Translations under genes and position numbers: made by a program
The notes under the pieces: generated by a model
Databases searched by the model: none
The model's input: the letters and a program-made list of their open reading frames with translations, nothing else
What the model was told of the DNA's origin: nothing
Shown here: positions 57,200-64,000 of the stretch, piece after piece
How positions within the stretch are numbered: the first letter of the stretch is position 1
How the letters are laid out: each line of letters begins with the position of its first letter
Source: a virus
Direction: 5' to 3' (one strand)
Virus record (IMG/VR): IMGVR_UViG_3300020421_000003
DNA length: 64,000 bases

Positions 57200-58537
57200 T
57201 TACCAACCTGCTTGGAAAAATGATTGTAGTCTTAGTTGCCCACCCAAAACAGGTGCGGCAAGTGCTCCACCGAAACTAATTGCAACGTTACTAATGTTAT
57301 TAGTAGATAGAAGTGTTGCATCAGCGTCAGGGAATTGAATGGAGCGAGCTCCAGTCAAGTTGCTGGCATCAATAGTAATGATACCGTTAACGTCATCTGG
57401 GTTATTTATCTTCGCCAGTTCTAACGTTTTATTATAAAGAACTTGTGTCTTTCTTTCAGACACCAGCATATTAACTAATGTGCCGTTATTCAACGGTGCT
57501 GCTGGATCATCATCAGGAAAAGCAAACACATAGGTTTGGTTGTCCTCAATGTTGCTGAGATCCATTTGGATCTTTCTGGTATCATCACCAACGTCAGCAA
57601 AGATTGCACCTTTGTATATCTTGTTGGTAAGTGTCTGTGACGATGCTTCACCAACTACCTTGATATTCAAATCAGGGAAGGTAACCGTGCGGTTATTGCT
57701 CAGCAACGAAGAATCAAAGATCACATATCTTGTGGGGTCATTCTCTTCATCTGTTGAGGGAGTGTTAGAGAATGTGGGATTGACCATGTTTTTGTTGAAA
57801 ACATTTTGGTCAGAGATGTCGTCCAACAAAGTAGACTGAGTATTAGCAGCACCAAAGTCAGGCAACTTGTAAGTGTGCTGACCAGGACTTTCCCAAGCGT
57901 CACATTCAAATTTTGCGATCTTATCAGTTGAAGTAGATCCTGTGATCTGCAACTCACCGTCTTTAATAATGATCGTCTTGTTTGTGACAGTCTGGAAAGT
58001 ATCATTCGCCAGAATAGTGGTGCTTGTGTTTGTACCTACATTAGGTAGATCGAAACGACGTGTGCCAGACTGGGTTGAGATTGTATCAACGTTGAATTGC
58101 ACTCTCTTTGCAGGGTTTTGATCACCTTGCAAGAAGAATTGTGCATCAGTCTGAATGATAGGACCATTAATAGTAAAAAATCCACTACCCTGTGGAGTCA
58201 TTTCTATGCTTGACGTTGCAGATGCACTGTCAACAGCACGAATGATCAGGGTAGAGGATCCATCAGTGTTTTCTCTTCTAGTATTATAGAGAGATGCTGA
58301 TCCAAATGCTAGACCAATCTCATTAATCGCTGACTGGTATATCCCACTATCTCGGTCCAAGTCAAACGCTAATCCAGGTGCTGATGCGCTACCTGCGCTT
58401 ACACCACGGAATAGTTGATTGACCTTTGCCTTACGGTTTGGAATCAGAGGGTCAGAGATAACGATAGGCAGAATTGCCTCGCCAGTAACGAGCGCATCTG
58501 CAATCGTATCTAATTGGGATATACGTTTAGTTGCCAC
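57200..58537 (-). CDS. Tail fibre-like structural protein (445 aa)
   Basis: MATKRISQL N-terminus, GSASAPGLAF, repeated R...FPD / QTLTNK fibre motifs; late promoter at 58565. Confidence 0.75.
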   Translation of the reverse strand: MATKRISQLDTIADALVTGEAILPIVISDPLIPNRKAKVNQLFRGVSAGSASAPGLAFDLDRDSGIYQSAINEIGLAFGSASLYNTRRENTDGSSTLIIRAVDSASATSSIEMTPQGSGFFTINGPIIQTDAQFFLQGDQNPAKRVQFNVDTISTQSGTRRFDLPNVGTNTSTTILANDTFQTVTNKTIIIKDGELQITGSTSTDKIAKFECDAWESPGQHTYKLPDFGAANTQSTLLDDISDQNVFNKNMVNPTFSNTPSTDEENDPTRYVIFDSSLLSNNRTVTFPDLNIKVVGEASSQTLTNKIYKGAIFADVGDDTRKIQMDLSNIEDNQTYVFAFPDDDPAAPLNNGTLVNMLVSERKTQVLYNKTLELAKINNPDDVNGIITIDASNLTGARSIQFPDADATLLSTNNISNVAISFGGALAAPVLGGQLRLQSFFQAGW

Positions 58538-58563
58538 GAAATCTCAGCACAATTGCTACAGTT

Positions 58564-59241
58564 TTATTTATAACCGTTTTTCTCCAACCATTCATTTGTC
58601 ATAGGTGTAGGAGGATAAACTTCCCACATATTACCCCGCGCACATGCTTGGAGAGCACTCATTGTCATTCCTTCAGTCTTACCTGCCCAGAATGCTTCTT
58701 TCTCCCAAGGGATTGCTCCTGGTTGGAATCTGTAGGTGTCAGCAGCAATCTCTTGCCAGATCTTGGGCACCTTGTCCTCATCCATAATGATAGCGATCAT
58801 GGAGTTGTTGATAGTGCCTGCCATGCAATCCTGTGCGGCGTGCCATCCTTCATGACGCATTACACTCATCAGAGTTTCAGGACGATGCATGAATGCTCGG
58901 TTGAGATAGAAGTTGTTGCTCACAGTGTGATATACACCACGATGTCCAACAGGGAAGTATTTTGAATCTGCAAGATATACTTTGACTCCAACCTGATTCA
59001 ATGCCACAAGCATTTGGTTGAATTCATTAGAAGCGAAAGTAAACCTATCGGGACTATCATACTGAGACGAGACATCCAGAAGTGAAAAGACTTCTGTTAC
59101 CCCCTCAGTACACTCTTGTAGGAGCATACAACCCATAGAATGATTAGTGAAGTATTCACTATCTTTGAGTGGTTTGGCATTGACTGGCAATGTTGCCAAT
59201 CCTAGCAGTGCTCCTGCCAATAATACATTGCGAAATTTCAT
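58564..59241 (-). CDS. Secreted zincin-like protein (HExxH)
   Basis: Signal-peptide-like N-terminus; MRHEGWHAAQDC followed by a downstream EKEA. Confidence 0.65.
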   Translation of the reverse strand: MKFRNVLLAGALLGLATLPVNAKPLKDSEYFTNHSMGCMLLQECTEGVTEVFSLLDVSSQYDSPDRFTFASNEFNQMLVALNQVGVKVYLADSKYFPVGHRGVYHTVSNNFYLNRAFMHRPETLMSVMRHEGWHAAQDCMAGTINNSMIAIIMDEDKVPKIWQEIAADTYRFQPGAIPWEKEAFWAGKTEGMTMSALQACARGNMWEVYPPTPMTNEWLEKNGYK

Positions 59242-59564
59242 ACTAATAACCGTTTAAGTTTACCTTCAACAAAATGTAGCATTATCCTAGGAAAGGGTGC
59301 ATAATGTGCATTCCAGACTGCAGGATAGACCTCAATACTCTTTGTAGCATAGTAGGGTTTCACCTTACCATGCAAACCGTTGGGCACATAACCCTTAGGA
59401 TCTTCTCTTGAAAAGTCCTGAGTGTCGCTGTAATCAACTTCCCATAATTGACCTGCAGGATCTAAGAAAAATGTATACATCCATCCGTCAAGATCTTTTG
59501 TTTGTAGAGGTCTCTTGTAAAAACCTGCACCAAGATCAAAGTGACATAGGATGGTGTCATACAT
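59238..59564 (-). CDS. Hypothetical protein
   Basis: 108 aa, MYDTI..QTKDLD motif. Confidence 0.7.
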   Translation of the reverse strand: MYDTILCHFDLGAGFYKRPLQTKDLDGWMYTFFLDPAGQLWEVDYSDTQDFSREDPKGYVPNGLHGKVKPYYATKSIEVYPAVWNAHYAPFPRIMLHFVEGKLKRLLV

Positions 59565-59574
59565 TATAAAATCC

Positions 59575-60060
59575 TCAAGAAAAACTCAATGTTGCTCTTG
59601 GTCCTAATACCAAGGGCTCATGATGCAGGTATTTAGGTATGAATAGTGCATCGCCTGGCTCCATAAAAACTTCACCAAGACCATCTACACCATAACCTAT
59701 ATCTCCAATAATAGGCACAATCATGACATCTACTGTATCATTGTGCCTACCAAAGGTGCTAGATCCACCACTCAGTGAAACATACTGGTGGAATTCTCTC
59801 ATACCATAGTTGAGTTTCATATGCTCTGCAAGAGGGCGCATACTCCATGGAATATACTTCCCCTCGGAGATCATAGTATTCATACCACCCCTATGTAAGA
59901 CAAGTGTCCTTGATTCGTTAAGGATTTCTTCAGGTTTGATTTTCGGTGCGATCACCGTGAAATCTTTTTGTTGCCTGTCGGTTTCCAACTTATCAAATAC
60001 ATCTTCCCAGGTGATATTACTTACGTCAACTATTCTTTTTGACAGCTTTGCTTGACTCAT
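59575..60060 (-). CDS. Minimal JmjC/cupin-4 oxygenase
   Basis: STFGRHND, MEPGDALFIPKYLHHEP, RATLSFS. Start trimmed to MSQAKL. Confidence 0.8.
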   Translation of the reverse strand: MSQAKLSKRIVDVSNITWEDVFDKLETDRQQKDFTVIAPKIKPEEILNESRTLVLHRGGMNTMISEGKYIPWSMRPLAEHMKLNYGMREFHQYVSLSGGSSTFGRHNDTVDVMIVPIIGDIGYGVDGLGEVFMEPGDALFIPKYLHHEPLVLGPRATLSFS

Positions 60061-60148
60061 GGAGTTTCTTAACTGCTTTGACCGTTTCGGGTGTTTCTTC
60101 CCATTCCCAGGTGTCTCCACCCTTCCCAATGAATTGTTTCTTAGGCAT
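60026..60148 (-). CDS. Small hypothetical protein (40 aa)
   Basis: Reads MPKKQFIGKGGDTWEWEETPETVKAVKKLHESSKAVKKNS with AGGAGGAG RBS. Not in the ORF track. Confidence 0.6.
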   Translation of the reverse strand: MPKKQFIGKGGDTWEWEETPETVKAVKKLHESSKAVKKNS

Positions 60149-60389
60149 TTTTCTCCTCCTTTTTTGTTTTGAAGTAGAGTTTATAATACCTCTTCTTCAT
60201 TTCATTGATGGTGTCCATATCTTCCTTGAAACCCATATATTTAAGATGTTGGGATGTGCCCTCCATCTCACTAATGAGTAGCAGGAGACCTACACCAGTG
60301 ACAGGTCTCCCACCGAAATCATATGAACTCTTGACTGCAGGATCAGTCAGGGACTTCCTCATAATTTTCAATCCAATCACTGAGATCAA
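60141..60389 (-). CDS. Hypothetical protein
   Basis: 82-aa ORF; true start probably further downstream. Confidence 0.65.
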   Translation of the reverse strand: MISVIGLKIMRKSLTDPAVKSSYDFGGRPVTGVGLLLLISEMEGTSQHLKYMGFKEDMDTINEMKKRYYKLYFKTKKEEKNA

Positions 60390-60615
60390 ATAGGATGGGA
60401 TGACATCCTTCTAACACCAGATAGTCTGATGATGTGTAGAGATCATCCATCGTAAATTCTCGTGCAGTATCTGCATCGAGTTTGACTTCTTCTAATTCAC
60501 TCATAAACTTCGGCAACTCTTCAAATGTAAACGGCATACCCTGGATGAAGTACATCTGGACTATACCTATGTCTTCCAAATGATGAAAAGAGCTAGTGAT
60601 CCGAACCTTCTGCAT
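60343..60615 (-). CDS. Hypothetical protein
   Basis: 90-aa acidic ORF. Confidence 0.7.
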   Translation of the reverse strand: MQKVRITSSFHHLEDIGIVQMYFIQGMPFTFEELPKFMSELEEVKLDADTAREFTMDDLYTSSDYLVLEGCHPILFDLSDWIENYEEVPD

Positions 60616-60616
60616 C

Positions 60617-60865
60617 TTAGAAACCTTGCGTCATTTCTCCAAGAGACTCTGCAACGTATGCCTGGACCGCAGCAGGGTCAGGCACAAATTCTTCAGGGTC
60701 TGGGATATTTATCTCAGATCCTTTATCCTTGGTGACGAGAGGTGTCATCATACAAATACCGCCTGGATGGACGATTTTGATTGTATGTCCTCTCTCAACA
60801 AGGGAGAATACGAAGTCGAAGTTTGCCTGGACTTCGGCACAGTCTAATGTAATAATGCTATTCAT
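60617..60865 (-). CDS. Phd/YefM-like small protein
   Basis: EVQANFDFVFSLVERGHTIKI resembles the Phd/YefM N-terminal DNA-binding fold. Confidence 0.5.
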   Translation of the reverse strand: MNSIITLDCAEVQANFDFVFSLVERGHTIKIVHPGGICMMTPLVTKDKGSEINIPDPEEFVPDPAAVQAYVAESLGEMTQGF

Positions 60866-61053
60866 GCGAGATAAGTGATTAGATCTTCAGGGAGGTTTTT
60901 GTTGAATTCAGCGATAGTCTCACTGAAACCCTCGGCACCTTCTTCATCAAACTTCCATTTGATAACTTCGTCCACACCCTCACTATCCATCATTTTGATG
61001 GAGCGTTGAGAGATGGTAACCCAGATGTGCTCAAGGTAGGTATCGGTTTCCAT
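60862..61053 (-). CDS. Hypothetical acidic protein
   Basis: 63-aa ORF, ATGA overlap. Confidence 0.7.
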   Translation of the reverse strand: METDTYLEHIWVTISQRSIKMMDSEGVDEVIKWKFDEEGAEGFSETIAEFNKNLPEDLITYLA

Positions 61054-61084
61054 GGGAGCATGATGAAGACTCCCATATCATACC

Positions 61085-63826
61085 TCAATTCAGCAGCAAT
61101 GGCAAGCCATAGACCTGATGGGGTCCGAGTCCGCAACCTGTTGCCATGTAACCCGTGCCAACACCCGTGTGGATCAGTCCAGTAGCAACCTGATTCAATA
61201 GGGCACCAGTGGGCACAAATTCAGCAATCACACCAGTAGGAGATGCGATGAAGGTTGAGTGGACACCTGCACTAGATCCCATGATGATGTCATTCATGGA
61301 TGCAGGCATGGATGTACCCAGACAGATCCTAGTCTGTGTTGGTGGTGCCAGACCAGGGATAGGCAGGTCAGTAGTGATATCAATGATTGCACCATTCACA
61401 AAGGTGAATTGACCAGACAATGCTTTGAGTGGGTTGAATACTGCAACGATCTCAAATCTACCACTGTTGAGGAAAGAAGAGATCCAGTTTGCCTCGTTAG
61501 TAATCTCACCCGATGCCACGTTTTCAATCGTGTTTGCTTCAGTCTTAATAGTCTGAGAGTTAAATGCTAGTGAGTTAATTGCAGTGATCTTAACCTTTGC
61601 ACCCTGAATACTAACGTCACCAGTGTATGCAATGTCATGGTCACCCTCTTTACGAGTTGCAGACTTCTGCTCTTTCTTGTCTTCTAACTTACCAGCTAGT
61701 TGACTACCCCATGGCACTTTACCCATCTCATCTGCTTCAGGATGGAAAGGAATCTCATCAACAGGATAGAAGTGACCACCAGGCAATGCCTTGAAGTATT
61801 GATCACGCTCAGTCTGCTGAATGTGGACCATGTTGTAAGAGTTATTATTGTTTTTATTTTTCTTCTTGGTAGAAGACTTATCAGCACCACCAGTGTCCAG
61901 ACTAGCAGTCACGTCTGTGCCCTGTTGAGCAATCTTAGTTTTCTTAGCATCAGTACGATCAGTTACTTTGATTGCCTGAGCATCAAGGTCACTCTTTGCA
62001 TCAGCCTTATCTGCCTTCTTAGATGATCCCTTAGACTTTGCTTGAGGACCCTGAGAGGCATTATCATTCTTAGATCCTGTTACTTCCTCATGATAGTTAC
62101 CCATGACCTTCAGATAGAAGTCACCCTCAACTGTCAACACATAGTTACCTTTAATGGTCTCACACTTATCCTTAGCAACGATCTTAGTTTCGTTGTTGGG
62201 GATATTCTTGTGCTCGTTACCATGTCCATCTTGGAAAGAAGTAACACCACCAGGACCCTGAGTGATCTGCTTCTCAATGCCAGGTGTTGCATCATTGATG
62301 ACCTTAGCACCATTCAGTTGGGTAACAACCTCCATGAGGTTTACATTGATCTTAGTAAACATCTGATCGATGTAACTACCGCTGTTACCGCCTCCAGTGA
62401 CAGCATCATCAAAACTAGAGTATGGTGTGCCAACGATTGCTTCATTGACATTGCCACATTCCGTAGTCCCGATCAACGGGAACCACGACTTTGATTTCGG
62501 TCGTTTAATCTTCCTCCCACAATCTTTCTGGAAGAATGCCTTCAGGATGGCAAACAGGAGTTTAATTAGACCTGCCCAGTTAAGTTGAGTGAAGTCAAAC
62601 TCAAAGATTGATGTTACTGTGTCACCAAGTGCTCTTGCTTGACCAGCAATACCCTTTGCCATATCAACCGCAGCGATCACATCTCCAGCAATATCCTTGA
62701 CACGATTCATTGTCTTGGTGATACCACTAAGGATACGATTAGTAACACCCTTAACAGCAGAGTCAACACCCTTAAGTTTATCAGCAATCTTATCTACAAT
62801 CTGCGTCGCTATATTATTAGCGAACGCAGAGACATCCGATATTGCGGCTTGCACTAGCCCCAACCACATCGGTTTCTTCATACAGAAGATATCAAAGATC
62901 ATCTCAAGGAACATCATGATTGTGTTGATCACAACCAGAGGGACAAAACTAGAGATGATTTGCACAATCTTACCAACAACCTCAGCAATGAGTTTGGCAA
63001 GCAATTCTTTCAATGGTGCAAGAATACCAGCGATACCACCAGCAAGGAAATTCATGATCTTACCCATGTGCTCCATCACCTTATCGCCTGCAACCTTCTT
63101 ACCCGTTGCAAGGGAGATGAATCCACCAGGACCACTGGCAAGAGTCGCTGCCATGTTGCCCAACTCTGTGAGCATACGCTCTAGGTCAGTCGAGAAACCT
63201 TCACCACTAGGACCAGCAACACCGTCAGCAATAGACTGCTTCTCTACAGGAGGTTTAGTAGGGTTAGTAACAGCATTACCAGGCAGAGTTTCCTCAGCGG
63301 CAGAGATAACGCCGCGAGCCTCTTCTCCACCCACTGTGCCAGGAGCCCCAGGCGTGCCTGTCTGCTTCTTAGGCATTGGATGACCGTCATTTCTTTCATT
63401 ACCTGCTAAGTCTTTCTTCTGTGGAGTCTCAGTCTTCAACTTTTCTGCATTAGCACCATCAGCAGCAGTTGTTTTCTTCTTAGGATCTTCCTTTGTTTGG
63501 AATCCACGGAATGCACCCATGACAATAGGCAACTGTGCCTCATCACCGTCAAGGAAGAAACCCATGACCCATGCGCCAGGTTGCAATCCAGTGGTGGATC
63601 CAACAGATTTAGTCTGTGCTTTATCCGTAGGTAGCAACACCTGTGCCCATGGCAGCACCTTTGTAGGCATCTCTTTCGTGTATGCCTGCTTTGCCTTGTG
63701 ACCAGTATACCAACCGAGAATACGCACCTGGACACGACCTAACTCGGAGGGATCCTCGATATTCTCAACTTCCCCGATCCACCAAGTGTAACCGTCTCTT
63801 CCTAGGTAATCAGTGCGTTCTCTCAT
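61085..63826 (-). CDS. gp5: Baseplate hub/central spike gp5
   Basis: WWIGEVENIEDPSELGRVQVRILG..LPWA..GAWVMGFFLDG..AQLPIVMG is the gp5 OB-fold; later beta-helix repeats (IKGNYVLTVEGDFYLKVMG). Confidence 0.9.
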   Translation of the reverse strand: MRERTDYLGRDGYTWWIGEVENIEDPSELGRVQVRILGWYTGHKAKQAYTKEMPTKVLPWAQVLLPTDKAQTKSVGSTTGLQPGAWVMGFFLDGDEAQLPIVMGAFRGFQTKEDPKKKTTAADGANAEKLKTETPQKKDLAGNERNDGHPMPKKQTGTPGAPGTVGGEEARGVISAAEETLPGNAVTNPTKPPVEKQSIADGVAGPSGEGFSTDLERMLTELGNMAATLASGPGGFISLATGKKVAGDKVMEHMGKIMNFLAGGIAGILAPLKELLAKLIAEVVGKIVQIISSFVPLVVINTIMMFLEMIFDIFCMKKPMWLGLVQAAISDVSAFANNIATQIVDKIADKLKGVDSAVKGVTNRILSGITKTMNRVKDIAGDVIAAVDMAKGIAGQARALGDTVTSIFEFDFTQLNWAGLIKLLFAILKAFFQKDCGRKIKRPKSKSWFPLIGTTECGNVNEAIVGTPYSSFDDAVTGGGNSGSYIDQMFTKINVNLMEVVTQLNGAKVINDATPGIEKQITQGPGGVTSFQDGHGNEHKNIPNNETKIVAKDKCETIKGNYVLTVEGDFYLKVMGNYHEEVTGSKNDNASQGPQAKSKGSSKKADKADAKSDLDAQAIKVTDRTDAKKTKIAQQGTDVTASLDTGGADKSSTKKKNKNNNNSYNMVHIQQTERDQYFKALPGGHFYPVDEIPFHPEADEMGKVPWGSQLAGKLEDKKEQKSATRKEGDHDIAYTGDVSIQGAKVKITAINSLAFNSQTIKTEANTIENVASGEITNEANWISSFLNSGRFEIVAVFNPLKALSGQFTFVNGAIIDITTDLPIPGLAPPTQTRICLGTSMPASMNDIIMGSSAGVHSTFIASPTGVIAEFVPTGALLNQVATGLIHTGVGTGYMATGCGLGPHQVYGLPLLLN

Positions 63827-63847
63827 TTGAATAATAATTCTATGTGA

Positions 63848-64000
63848 TTATTTATCGATCAAGGTGAAGAGGAATTCACCTTCTTCTTCAGGTTTACCCC
63901 ATGCTTGCTTATCAGTTTCAGTATTCCATCCTTGATCCAATGATCTGTAGTCTAGTCCGTTGAATCGGATCCTAGACTTAATCAGAAACTTACCTACCTG
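63848..64000 (-). CDS. cpeT: C-terminus of a CpeT/CpcT-like bilin lyase (partial)
   Basis: YRSLDQGWNTETDKQAWG..GEFLF resembles the T-type lyase C-terminal S.DRG.D......WGS..G.F.F motif; only 50 codons are visible. Confidence 0.55.
   Translation of the reverse strand, partial: QVGKFLIKSRIRFNGLDYRSLDQGWNTETDKQAWGKPEEEGEFLFTLIDK

Noticed and set aside
62042-63383. Long plus-strand ORFs (150 and 228 aa) opposite gp5
   Set aside because: Antisense shadows caused by codon bias; no RBS, promoter or motif support.

Overview
This window is a 64 kb segment of a T4-like marine cyanophage (cyanomyovirus-type) genome. Every credible gene lies on the minus strand, so it reads from 64000 toward 1. It opens with the 3' end of a cpeT-like bilin lyase, baseplate hub gp5, several small genes, and a block of tail/fibre structural genes (58.5-49.6 kb). 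Next come three tandem paralogous 269-aa Gly/His-rich adhesin-like genes and a fibre-chaperone-like gene. These run directly into a tightly coupled array of two flavin-dependent halogenases and six Fe(II)/2-oxoglutarate oxygenases (46-37.7 kb). A hypervariable early region (37.4-26.8 kb) follows, built from cassettes that each start with a repeated GTGTGNCA..ACTG promoter element. It contains a nuclease/methyltransferase/ParB-like operon, a helicase-nuclease pair, many micro-ORFs and a DnaA-box cluster with a divergent promoter (candidate origin or DnaA sink). The window ends with NlpC/P60, a 1268-aa structural protein, a PAAR-like protein, gp25, gp6, and a giant gp7-like baseplate ORF of more than 5829 codons that runs off the window and is missing from the ORF track. 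The best candidate for an undescribed system is a late-expressed 'virion tailoring' locus, in which the triplicated adhesin sits beside halogenases and oxygenases. All functional calls come from motif reading by eye; no database searches were run.
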